A DNA stretch of 64,000 nt from Gemmatimonadaceae bacterium (lineage in GTDB: Bacteria; Gemmatimonadota; Gemmatimonadetes; Gemmatimonadales; Gemmatimonadaceae). Location of the stretch: assembly GCA_051305945.1 (NCBI GenBank), contig JBPPMH010000100.1, positions 782 through 64,781 on the forward strand, read 5' to 3'. Shown piece by piece: positions 28,004-40,802 of this stretch; positions within the stretch are counted from its first letter, which is position 1; every line of letters begins with the position of its first letter. Under the pieces are notes generated by a model that worked only from the letters and a program-made list of their open reading frames with translations, was not told the origin of the DNA and did no database searches. The position numbers and the translations under genes were made by a program.

Positions 28004-28186
28004 CTAGTGATAATCGCAGAACTCCACGTCGTACGCGTCACCGTCCTCGAAACGGAAGCACATGCGCCATTGATCGTTGACGGCGATCGCGTGTTGTCCC
28101 ACCCGGTCACCCTTGAGGGCGTGCAGCTGATTGCCGGGTGGCACGCGCAAATCGGAGAGCCGGGCGGCGGCAAGCGCAGCGAGCAA
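28004..28186 (-). pseudogene. higB: HigB-type (killer protein) toxin, N-terminally truncated
   Basis: Only the C-terminal part is present: ...LHALKGDRVGQHAIAVNDQWRMCFRFEDGDAYDVEFCDYH. An in-frame TAA lies three codons upstream of the TTG at 28186. The parE stop is 17 nt away. Confidence 0.7.
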
Positions 28187-28202
28187 GCCGCCTCGTTAGC
28201 CA

Positions 28203-28517
28203 TCACGCGCGCCGCAGCCAGCGGCGTGGGTCTCGGCGAGCATGCATGCAGGCGATGACACTGGTAGCCCCGGCGACTTCATTCCAAATGAAGAACACGC
28301 CATAGGGGAAGCCGTCGACCAATGAGCGTCGAATCGAGAAGTCTGGCTCTCGATGTTTCACCGGAAACCGTGCCGGCGCCTCACGGATCAAGCCGAGTGT
28401 TCCCTCGACCGCAGCGAGAAAGCGGTCGCCGAGTCCCATCGATCGGCTCTCGTACCAAGCGTATGCTTCCTCGATGTCGGCCTCTGCTTCTGGCCGGACA
28501 ACGAAGGATGAAGTCAC
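28203..28517 (-). CDS. RelE/ParE-family toxin
   Basis: The pattern is VVRPEAEADIEEAYAWYE...FPYGVFFIWNE..ATSVIACMHARRDP. There is a 4-nt overlap with the upstream antitoxin. Confidence 0.75.
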   Translation of the reverse strand: MTSSFVVRPEAEADIEEAYAWYESRSMGLGDRFLAAVEGTLGLIREAPARFPVKHREPDFSIRRSLVDGFPYGVFFIWNEVAGATSVIACMHARRDPRRWLRRA

Positions 28518-28744
28518 CGACCGCTACGTCTCGCGCCTCGGATTCGGGCTTTCACGTCAGCCCAACTTGACCCAACCTTCGGATCCCGACGATACGCATC
28601 CGCTCGACGAAGGAGCTCTACGCGTTGCGCCTCAGTGATCGGCGGCTCCTCGGAATCAGCAGGCAGGCTATCCCACAGCGCGACCGCGAGGTCGACCCGT
28701 TGGGCGGGGGTCAGATTCGTGAAGTCGAAGAGTGGGTGCGCCAT
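28514..28744 (-). CDS. Addiction-module antitoxin (TIGR02574-like component)
   Basis: I chose the start at MAHPLFDFTNLTPAQRVDLAVALWDSL...EAQRVELLRRADAY...SWADVKARI. Confidence 0.65.
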   Translation of the reverse strand: MAHPLFDFTNLTPAQRVDLAVALWDSLPADSEEPPITEAQRVELLRRADAYRRDPKVGSSWADVKARIRGARRSGR

Positions 28745-28987
28745 GACCGAAATCTGCTTCGCGAAGTCGGCCGAAGCAATGACCGCCGGTGGTATATGGC
28801 TAACGCCCACGTTCAGCTGTTGGCGAGCCAAATAAAGGCGAGCGAAGCGAGCTACCAGAAAATCGCCGTCTGCTGCAACGCATCGTTAGGCGTCACCCGA
28901 CACAAGCCCGGAATCTGTAAAGGCACCGAAAAGCAACCGCGATTGCGACATGTTCTACGAACGGCGCGCCCGATGCTCGAGGCGTGA

Positions 28988-29659
28988 CTAGAGATCGTCA
29001 ACGAAGGGAAGAATATAGGATGGACTGAAGCCGACCCCCAAGCGGGCCCTGAACTCCTTCACAAACGCGATGCTTGATGTAACGGCCCATCTTGAAGAGC
29101 CGTAGCCAAGGCAGCGCTGAATGAAGTATGGCTGATATTCTTTTGCGAGGCCATTCTCCGGGAATGAGTTCATGAGCGACCTACTCAACTTGGAGAGCTC
29201 GTTGTCCTCGCCCGGCCAACCTCCGCCTGGTTGCCATTCGGGCTTGAAGTGAATGAGCGCGTTGCGCAGGCGCATTAGAAGTGCAACAGCCTGATATGGC
29301 GCCGCGCCTCTATCGAACTTGGGTTGGTCGCACAGCGCCAACGCGAGATCGTACTTGTCGAGCACCGGACTCCTGTTCTCAAGTTCCCAAGCGGCACGAA
29401 TTCGAGCAAGCACGATTGGATCTTTGGCAATGCCATCTGCGGCGCCCTCCTCGGCGGCATCAGCAAAGAACTCGTTGATGTCGGCTTCGAGGTAGGCAAC
29501 AGTGGCGAAAACACACGAGATGCAAGCAGATGTATGTTCTGCACTGATGTGGAAGAGAATAGGTTCGCGCTTGCCTCTCTCGAACTCGCGCGCCTGCGTG
29601 GCGGACAGCACAGCGGCCATCAGATGGTCGAGCGACAACGGAAGTTTGTGGCGGATCAT
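28988..29659 (-). CDS. Hypothetical protein with an Rx4H (HEPN-like) motif
   Basis: I chose the start at MIRHKLPL (29659). The ORF-track N-terminal extension is an out-of-frame read through the gcvP 3' end. The motif LMRLRNALIHF (CGC AAC GCG CTC ATT CAC, 29249-29266) is present. Confidence 0.45.
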   Translation of the reverse strand: MIRHKLPLSLDHLMAAVLSATQAREFERGKREPILFHISAEHTSACISCVFATVAYLEADINEFFADAAEEGAADGIAKDPIVLARIRAAWELENRSPVLDKYDLALALCDQPKFDRGAAPYQAVALLMRLRNALIHFKPEWQPGGGWPGEDNELSKLSRSLMNSFPENGLAKEYQPYFIQRCLGYGSSRWAVTSSIAFVKEFRARLGVGFSPSYILPFVDDL

Positions 29660-29692
29660 CTCTGTGCCGCCGAGGAAAACCCCACGGCGAGC

Positions 29693-32595
<2,903 letters not shown>

Positions 32596-32671
32596 TGATT
32601 GATCTTGAGTGGTGCCCGGTCGCTTCGGACCGATACTATGCAATCCTCTCTAATTTACCCGCTCCGACTCC

Positions 32672-33487
32672 ATGAGCCCACCGATTTCCGGGATGCAGAT
32701 GACGGCCGAGAGCCGGGCAGGTCTGGCTCGGTTGAAATGGCGAATCCTGCTGTCCGAGCCGTTGTCCGGATCGGAGAACATGGCCTGCGATCTCGCCCTG
32801 ATGGACCGCGCGCGACGGACCGGCGAGGCAACCCTTCGCGTGTACTCCTGGAGCGGGCCGACGCTGTCCTTCGGCCGGAATCAGAAGACCGGCGGATACG
32901 ACCGGGACGCACTCGAGCGCGCGGGCATCGCGATCGTCCGGCGCCCGACCGGCGGACGCGCGATCCTGCACCACCGCGAGATCACCTACAGCGTGACCGC
33001 GCCCGCGCCGCCCGGAGAGTCCATCGCGGCGGCGTACGACTGGATCAACGGCCTGCTGCTTCGCGCGCTGCTCTCACTCGGCGTCCAGGCGGCGATCGCG
33101 ACGCGAACGGGCCGCGCGCCGGCGCCCGACGCCAACCCATGTTTCGCCGAGCCGACCGCCGGCGAGATCGTCCTCGGCGGGCGCAAGCTCGTCGGGAGCG
33201 CGCAGTACCGTGAAGCCGGCGCGATGCTGCAGCACGGATCCATCCTGATCTCCGACGACCAGTCGTCGCTCGCGGCGCTCGCCGGCGGCGGCGCGGCTCC
33301 GCCTCCCGCCACGCTCGAGCAGGCGCTGGGACGCGCGCCTGATCCCGCGGAGCTGCGCGACGCGCTGCTCGCGGCCATGCGAGAGGACGGGATCGAGCCG
33401 CGGCCGCTCGCAGCCGCGGAATTGACGGACTCGCTCGCGCGGCACCTCCCCGCGTTCGAGGATTCGCAATGGACATGGCGCAGGTGA
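32672..33487 (+). CDS. Lipoate-protein ligase / octanoyltransferase family protein (LplA/LipM-like)
   Basis: It reads SGSENMACDLALMD...LRVYSWSGPTLSFGRNQ...RRPTGGRAILHH.EITYS...KLVGSAQYR...LQHGSILI. The start could be 32672, 32693 or 32699. Confidence 0.8.
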   Translation: MSPPISGMQMTAESRAGLARLKWRILLSEPLSGSENMACDLALMDRARRTGEATLRVYSWSGPTLSFGRNQKTGGYDRDALERAGIAIVRRPTGGRAILHHREITYSVTAPAPPGESIAAAYDWINGLLLRALLSLGVQAAIATRTGRAPAPDANPCFAEPTAGEIVLGGRKLVGSAQYREAGAMLQHGSILISDDQSSLAALAGGGAAPPPATLEQALGRAPDPAELRDALLAAMREDGIEPRPLAAAELTDSLARHLPAFEDSQWTWRR

Positions 33488-33504
33488 GGCGCAATCTTCC
33501 GCCG

Positions 33505-35178
33505 ATGCAATCAATGGCGAAACCCACCGCGGCCGGACTCCTCTGCCTGCTCGCTCTGGGCGCGTGCGACAAAGGCGCCGACTCCGACGCCGTCACGGGC
33601 GGCACGATCGTCGTCGCCGTCGCCGCCGACGTGGACGCGCTGATCCCGCCGCTGGTGGCATCTGTGCAGGGGCGGCAGGTCACGGACCTCATCTTCGACC
33701 GGCTCGCCGACGTCGGCGATTCGCTCAATACCACGGGCGACTACGGCTTCCGGCCGCGGCTCGCGGAGCGCTGGATGTGGAGCGCCGACTCGCTGCAGAT
33801 CACGTTCACGCTCAACCCGCTCGCCCGCTGGCACGACGGGCGCGCCGTCACCGCGCGCGACGTCCGCTTCACGCACCAGCTCTTCCAGGATCCCGACGTA
33901 GCCGCGCCGCTGGCCGCGCTGCTGGCGAACATAGACTCGGTGAGCGCGCCCGATTCGCTCACGGCGATCTTCTGGTTCAGGGGCCGCTCGCCGCGGCAGT
34001 TCTTCGACGCGGTGTACAACCTGCTCATCGTTCCCGAGCACATCCTCGGCGCCGCGCCACGTGGCGAGCTCCGCGGGACGGCATTCGCCCGATCGCCGGT
34101 CGGCAGCGGCCGCTTCCGCTTCGCGCGCTGGCAGCCGGCGGTCTCGCTCGAGGTGGTCGCGGACACCAACAATTACGCCGGACGCCCGAACATCGACCGC
34201 GTGATCTGGACGATCTCGCCGGACTTCACCACTGCCTCCACCAAGCTGCTCGCCGGCGAGGCCGACGCGTTCGACGCCGTGCGGCCGGAGATGATCCCGG
34301 AGATTCAGAAAAACCCCGCGCTCCGGCTCGTCACCTATCCCGGCCTGGAATACGGCTTCCTTCAGTTCAACATGCGCGACCCGCGCCGGCGCACGCTGCC
34401 GCATCAACTCTTCGGCGACCCGCGGCTGCGCGTAGCGATATCACACGCGCTCGACCGCGAGTCCATGGTGCGCAATGTGTTCGACACCCTCGCGAAGGTG
34501 GCAGTCGGTCCGACGGTGCAGGGCTACATGGGAGCGGGCACGGACCTGCCGCGGATCGCTTACGACACCACGGCAGCCAACCGGCTGCTCGACTCGCTCG
34601 GATGGAGCCGCGGCACCAACGGCATGCGCGCGCGGAACGGCGGGCAGCTAACGTTCTCGCTGGTGACGCCGACGTCGAGCCGGAACAGGGGGAGGATGGC
34701 CGTGCTGATCCAGGAGCAGCTGCGCAGCCTCGGCATCGCCGTCGAGATCGAGTCACTCGACAACGCGGCTTTTCTGACGCGCATGAAGGACCGGTCGTTC
34801 GACGCCGCCCTCGGTGGCTGGCGGCTGGACCCCGCGCCCGGGATCAGGCAGACGTGGGGCACCGCCGGCTCGCGCGCTCCCGGTGGAACCAACTTCGGCT
34901 CGTACGAGAGCCCGGAGTTCGACCTGCACGTGGACAGCGCACTGTCCACGATGGTTCCCGTACAGGCGCACGCCCACATGCGCCGCGCGTATGAGGTGAT
35001 CATCCGCGACGCGCCCGCGGTCTGGCTGTACGAGCCGCTCTCGATGCTCGCGCTGCACAGCCGCATCCGGCCCGGCGTTCTACGGCGGGACGCCTGGTGG
35101 GCGCACATCGCCGACTGGACGATAGACCCCGCCGCACGGCTCCCGCGCGACAACATCGGTCTGAATCCGACGCCGTGA
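33505..35178 (+). CDS. ABC transporter substrate-binding lipoprotein, family 5 (peptide/nickel)
   Basis: It has the lipoprotein signal AAGLLCLLALGAC and typical SBP_bac_5 length and pattern. The start is taken at ATG 33505 (33514 is also possible). Confidence 0.85.
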   Translation: MQSMAKPTAAGLLCLLALGACDKGADSDAVTGGTIVVAVAADVDALIPPLVASVQGRQVTDLIFDRLADVGDSLNTTGDYGFRPRLAERWMWSADSLQITFTLNPLARWHDGRAVTARDVRFTHQLFQDPDVAAPLAALLANIDSVSAPDSLTAIFWFRGRSPRQFFDAVYNLLIVPEHILGAAPRGELRGTAFARSPVGSGRFRFARWQPAVSLEVVADTNNYAGRPNIDRVIWTISPDFTTASTKLLAGEADAFDAVRPEMIPEIQKNPALRLVTYPGLEYGFLQFNMRDPRRRTLPHQLFGDPRLRVAISHALDRESMVRNVFDTLAKVAVGPTVQGYMGAGTDLPRIAYDTTAANRLLDSLGWSRGTNGMRARNGGQLTFSLVTPTSSRNRGRMAVLIQEQLRSLGIAVEIESLDNAAFLTRMKDRSFDAALGGWRLDPAPGIRQTWGTAGSRAPGGTNFGSYESPEFDLHVDSALSTMVPVQAHAHMRRAYEVIIRDAPAVWLYEPLSMLALHSRIRPGVLRRDAWWAHIADWTIDPAARLPRDNIGLNPTP

Positions 35179-35179
35179 C

Positions 35180-36151
35180 GTGATCGCGTTTCTGCTGCGT
35201 CGCGCCGCTCATACACTGGTAGTAGTCGCCGCAGTCGCAACGCTCGTTTTCGTCCTGATTCACGCGGCCCCCGGCGATCCATTCGCCGGCTCGCTCGACA
35301 ACCCGAACGTCACCGAGGAAGTGCGCGCGCGCTGGCGGGCGTCGTACGGGCTCGACCAGCCGCTCCCCGTGCAGTACGGGCGATACCTCGCGCGCCTCGC
35401 CCGCGGCGACCTCGGCTGGTCGTTCTCGAGGCAGCAGCCCGTCGTCGCGGTGATCCGCGATTCCCTGCCGCGCACGCTTCTGCTCGTGGGGCTCGCCCTC
35501 GTATTCGCCTTCACCGCCGGCATCGCCGTCGCGCTCGCGCAGACGCGCAGGCGAGGGCGGCTGTTCGACCGCGCGGCCGGCGGCGTGTCGCTCGTGCTGC
35601 TCTCGATTCCCGACTTCTGGCTCGGCCTGCTGCTGCTGCTCGCCTTCAGCTACTGGATTCCGCTGTTCCCGGTGGGCGGCATGACGGACGCCGTGCTGTA
35701 CCCGCATCTGGGAGCGGGGGCGCAGCTGCTCGACCGCGCGCACCACATCGTCCTCCCCCTCGCTACTCTCGTTCTTGCCGCGGGCGCGGCCGTCGCGCGC
35801 TACCAGCGCGCGGCGCTGCTCGAGGTTTTGCCGCGCGACTACATCCGGTCCGCGCGCGCCAAAGGCGTCGAGGAGCGGACCGTCGTCCGCAGGCATGCTC
35901 TCAGAAACGCGCTCATGCCTTCGATCACCCTGCTCGGAACCAGTCTGCCCGCGCTCGTGGGTGGCGTCGTCTTCGTCGAGAAAATCTTCTCCTGGCCCGG
36001 GATGGGGCTCGTGGCCGTGGACGCCGTCTCCTCGCGCGACTACCCGCTGGTCCTGGCGGTGGTGATCGTCGGAACGATCGTGGTGGCCGCCGGCAACCTG
36101 CTGGCGGACGTGCTTTACCGCGTGGCCGACCCGAGGCTGCGCGATGCTTGA
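35180..36151 (+). CDS. ABC transporter permease (DppB/OppB-like)
   Basis: N-terminal IAFLLRRAAHTLVVV is followed by six TM segments and an EAA-like loop YIRSARAKG. Confidence 0.9.
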   Translation: MIAFLLRRAAHTLVVVAAVATLVFVLIHAAPGDPFAGSLDNPNVTEEVRARWRASYGLDQPLPVQYGRYLARLARGDLGWSFSRQQPVVAVIRDSLPRTLLLVGLALVFAFTAGIAVALAQTRRRGRLFDRAAGGVSLVLLSIPDFWLGLLLLLAFSYWIPLFPVGGMTDAVLYPHLGAGAQLLDRAHHIVLPLATLVLAAGAAVARYQRAALLEVLPRDYIRSARAKGVEERTVVRRHALRNALMPSITLLGTSLPALVGGVVFVEKIFSWPGMGLVAVDAVSSRDYPLVLAVVIVGTIVVAAGNLLADVLYRVADPRLRDA

Positions 36152-36971
36152 CCGCACGGGAACGAGAGTGGCACTCATCGCGCTCGCCGTGATCGTGATC
36201 GCCGCGGCGGCGGCCCCGCTGCTCGCGCCGTACGATCCGTTTGCGCAGCCGGACATCGTCGGCGGCAACACGCTCGCGCCGTCACCGGAGCACCCGCTGG
36301 GTACCGACCAGTTCAGCCGCGACGTCCTGACCCGGCTGCTGTTCGGAGCGCGCATCTCCCTCATCGTCGGAATCCTCGCGACCACCGTGGCCGTCACCGT
36401 GGGCGCCGCCTGGGGGCTGGCCGCGGGCTACCTCGGTGGCGTCGTGGACGAGGTCATGATGCGGCTGGTGGACGCCCTGATGTCCATCCCGCGCGTTCTG
36501 CTCGTGCTGGCGCTCGTGGCGCTGTGGGGGCGGATGTCCACCACCGGGCTGGTGCTGCTGCTGGGCCTGACGGGCTGGTTCCAGCTCAGCCGCCTGGTAC
36601 GCGCCGAGGTACTGACGGCGCGGGAAACGGACTACGTGGCCTCGGCCCGGGCGCTGGGCGCGCACGACTTTCGCATCGCGGTTCGCCATGTGCTCCCCAA
36701 CGTGCTCCCGCCCATTATCGTTTTTGCGACGATCGGACTCGGCAATGTCATCGTGCTGGAAGCGGGGCTGTCCTACCTTGGATTCGGCGTGCAGCCTCCG
36801 ATCCCGAGCTGGGGCAACATGATCCGCGACGGCTCCGAGCTGATGACGGCGGCGTGGTGGATCTCCCTCTTTCCGGGCCTTGCCATAGTGGCGACGGTGG
36901 TGGCGGTGAACGCTCTGGGCGACGGACTCCGGCAGGCGCTCGGACACTCGGACAGCTACGCGCATGAGTAA
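36144..36971 (+). CDS. ABC transporter permease (DppC/OppC-like)
   Basis: It is a TM-rich protein with an EAA loop DYVASARALGA, and it overlaps both neighbours. Confidence 0.9.
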   Translation: MLDRTGTRVALIALAVIVIAAAAAPLLAPYDPFAQPDIVGGNTLAPSPEHPLGTDQFSRDVLTRLLFGARISLIVGILATTVAVTVGAAWGLAAGYLGGVVDEVMMRLVDALMSIPRVLLVLALVALWGRMSTTGLVLLLGLTGWFQLSRLVRAEVLTARETDYVASARALGAHDFRIAVRHVLPNVLPPIIVFATIGLGNVIVLEAGLSYLGFGVQPPIPSWGNMIRDGSELMTAAWWISLFPGLAIVATVVAVNALGDGLRQALGHSDSYAHE

Positions 36972-37994
36972 TCCGCTCCTCACCGTGAAGGATCTGCGCA
37001 CGTACTTCTATCCCGGCGGCGGCGCCGTGGCGCGCTCGGTGGACGGCGTGTCCTTCAGCATAGACGCGGGCGAGACGGTCGGGATCGTCGGCGAATCGGG
37101 GTGCGGCAAGTCGGTGACCGCGCTCTCGATCATGCGGCTGATCCGCTCCCCCGGCAGAGTCGAGGCGGGGAGCAAGATCGAATTCGACGGCAAGGACCTG
37201 ATCGCGCTCGACGAGGAATCCATGCGGCGGATCCGCGGCAACCGGATCGCCATGATCTTCCAGGAGCCGATGTCCGCGCTGAACCCCGTGTTCACCGTCG
37301 GCGACCAGATCGCCGAAGTCGCGCGGATTCACGCGGGCGCGACGCGGCGCGAGGCGTGGAAGAAGGCCGTGGAGATGCTCGGGCTCACCGGCATCCCCGC
37401 GCCCGACCAGCGGGCAAAACAGTACCCGCATCAGCTCTCCGGTGGAATGCGCCAGCGCGTGCTGATCGCGATGGCGCTGGTGATGAACCCGGCGCTCATC
37501 ATCGCGGATGAGCCGACGACTGCGCTCGACGTCACGATTCAGGCGCAGATCCTCGAGCTGCTGCGCGAGGTGCAGGAGAAGTTCGGCACCGCCGTGCTGC
37601 TGATCACGCACGACCTCGGCGTGATCGCCGAAATGACGCAGCGCGTGATCGTGATGTATGCCGGAGAGGTGGTGGAGGAGACGTCCACGCCCGAGCTGTT
37701 CACGTCCGCGCACCATCCGTACTCCGAGGGGCTGCTGTACGCGATGCCGCGGGTCGGCGACAAGCGCGCGCGGCTGAACGTGATTCCCGGCACCGTGCCG
37801 CCACCGACCGCGTGGCCGGCCGGCTGCCGCTTTCACGACCGGTGCAAGTACTCGTGGGAGCGCACCGAGCACGAGCACCCGCCGCTGTATCCCATCGGGC
37901 CGGGCCACGTGAGCCGCTGTCACCTGGCCGAAGAGCCGCAGCGGCGGAACGAGCCGCACAGGCCGCTCGTCGCGCGGCGGAGCATCGACGCGTC

Positions 37995-37998
<4 letters not shown>
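36964..37998 (+). CDS. ABC transporter ATP-binding protein (DppD/OppD-like)
   Basis: It has Walker [10 protein letters not shown], signature LSGGMRQR and Walker [13 protein letters not shown], plus the oligopeptide C-terminal CRFHDRC motif. Confidence 0.9.
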
Positions 37999-39089
<1,091 letters not shown>

Positions 39090-39110
39090 CCGGAAAACCG
39101 AGGGTAGAGC

Positions 39111-40661
39111 ATGTCGGGCATTGTCGACGTAGGAGCTACGACCATCGATAGGCCGCCTGCACTGGACGACCGCGCGCTGTTCGGACATCCGCGCGGCCTC
39201 GGGCTGCTGTTCGTGGTCGAGATGTGGGAGCGGTTCTCGTACTACGGCATGCGGGCGCTGCTCGTCCTGTATCTCGTCAACGCGCTCCATTGGCCCGACG
39301 GCGACGCCGCGAGGCTGTACGGCGCGTATACCGGCCTGGTCTACCTCACGCCGCTGATCGGCGGCTACCTCGCCGACAGAATCATCGGCACCCGGCGCTC
39401 GCTCGTGATCGGTGGAATCATCATCGCGCTCGGGCACTTCGTGCTCGCCTTCGGCCCCGGCGGCTCGCCCGACGGCGTCCCGCTGAAGGACATGGGACAG
39501 CTCATCCCGTTCTATCTCGGGCTCGCGCTCGTCGTCATCGGAACCGGCTTCTTCAAGCCGAACGTCTCGACGATGGTCGGACAGATCTACACCGAAGGCG
39601 ACTCCCGCCGCGATTCGGGCTTCACGATCTTCTACATGGGCATCAACCTCGGCGCGTTCATCGCGCCACTGATTTGCGGGTACCTCGGACAGAAAGTCGG
39701 CTGGCACTACGGCTTCGGCGCCGCGGGCGTGGGCATGACGCTCGGCCTCATCATCTACATGTGGGGGCGGGACAGGTACCTGCCGGGAATCGGACTGAAC
39801 GTCAAGCACGATCCGAACAATGCGGCCGCCGTCGCTGCGGAGTCCATGGAGCAACCGTGGAACCCGTGGGCCGTAACGATCGGCGCCGCGCTGGGCGCGG
39901 GACTCGTGTTCCTCGGAGCCGGCGACATCCACCCCGTTGATCTCACGATCCGCATGGCGATCGCCGGCATGGGCGTGGCCGCAGCGGTGCTCGCGATATC
40001 CGGCACGCGCGGCGAAGAGCGCAACCGCGTGATCGCGCTGTTCATCGTCGTCTTCTTCGTGATCTTCTTCTGGATGGCGTTCGAGCAGGCTGGCAGCTCC
40101 ATGAACCTGTTCGCCGACCGCCATACCAACATGAACATCGGCGGCTGGGAGATGCCGTCGAGCTGGTTCCAGTCGATGAACCCGCTGTTCATCCTGTTGT
40201 TCGCGCCCGTCTTCGCGATCATCTGGACGTCGCTCGGCCGGGTCGGCAAGGAGCCGTCCACTCCGCTGAAGATGGTGCTCGGCCTCGTGCTGCTCGGCAC
40301 GGGCTTCCTGTTCCTGGTCGTCGCCGGCCGCTCGGTGGATCAGGGGTTCCAGGTGAGCGCGATGTGGCTCACCATAGCGTACCTGTTTCACACGCTGGGC
40401 GAGCTGTGCCTGTCGCCCGTCGGGCTGTCCTACGTCACCAAGGTGGCGCCGTACAAGTTCGCCTCGCTGCTGATGGGCGCGTGGTTCCTCGCGAGCTCCG
40501 CCGCGAGCTACCTGGGCGGCTGGCTCGCCGCGCAGACCGAGACCATCACCTCCCAGTCGCAGTTCTTCACGATTCCCGTCGCGACCTCCTTCGGAGCGGC
40601 GTTCCTGCTGCTGCTCCTGGTCCCGCTGCTCAAGCGCCTGACGAAGAGCGTCAAGGCCTGA
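39111..40661 (+). CDS. Proton-dependent oligopeptide transporter (POT/PTR2 family)
   Basis: It reads FGHPRGLGLLFVVEMWERFSYYGMRALLVLYL, has a GGYLADR motif, and has multiple TM segments. Confidence 0.9.
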   Translation: MSGIVDVGATTIDRPPALDDRALFGHPRGLGLLFVVEMWERFSYYGMRALLVLYLVNALHWPDGDAARLYGAYTGLVYLTPLIGGYLADRIIGTRRSLVIGGIIIALGHFVLAFGPGGSPDGVPLKDMGQLIPFYLGLALVVIGTGFFKPNVSTMVGQIYTEGDSRRDSGFTIFYMGINLGAFIAPLICGYLGQKVGWHYGFGAAGVGMTLGLIIYMWGRDRYLPGIGLNVKHDPNNAAAVAAESMEQPWNPWAVTIGAALGAGLVFLGAGDIHPVDLTIRMAIAGMGVAAAVLAISGTRGEERNRVIALFIVVFFVIFFWMAFEQAGSSMNLFADRHTNMNIGGWEMPSSWFQSMNPLFILLFAPVFAIIWTSLGRVGKEPSTPLKMVLGLVLLGTGFLFLVVAGRSVDQGFQVSAMWLTIAYLFHTLGELCLSPVGLSYVTKVAPYKFASLLMGAWFLASSAASYLGGWLAAQTETITSQSQFFTIPVATSFGAAFLLLLLVPLLKRLTKSVKA

Positions 40662-40802
40662 TCGCCCCGGGGATTTTGGGGAAGGTGTCCCCACAGGGAG
40701 CGTCTTAGCGAGCGTAGTTTGCTCGCGTAGCGCCGAAACGGGATACCCGTCCACGCGCCCACGGGGTCACCTTCGCACGGACCCCCCGCAACCCGGAAAG
40801 AG

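Larger units (their letters stand above)
27083..29692. mobile_element. Putative integrated islet (TA and HEPN cargo) bounded by the gcvP 3' duplication; no integrase
   Basis: It lies exactly between the two repeat copies, has lower G+C than its surroundings, and its cargo is entirely toxin-antitoxin or defence-type genes. Confidence 0.4.

Noticed and set aside
32596-32700. Possible glycine riboswitch or leader structure upstream of gcvP on the minus strand.
   Set aside because: The leader (…agagaggattgcatagtatcggtccgaagcgaccgggcaccactc…) contains only a short CGGTC/GACCG hairpin with a CCGAAG word. It is too short (about 75 nt) and lacks the conserved aptamer core. It also overlaps possible starts of the divergent ligase gene.
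40662-40802. Terminator hairpins between the convergent POT and POTRA/barrel genes (GGGGAAGGTGTCCCC; GCGAGC-gtagttt-GCTCGC).
   Set aside because: The stems are short (5-6 bp) and have no U-tract on either strand, which is not enough to call a terminator.
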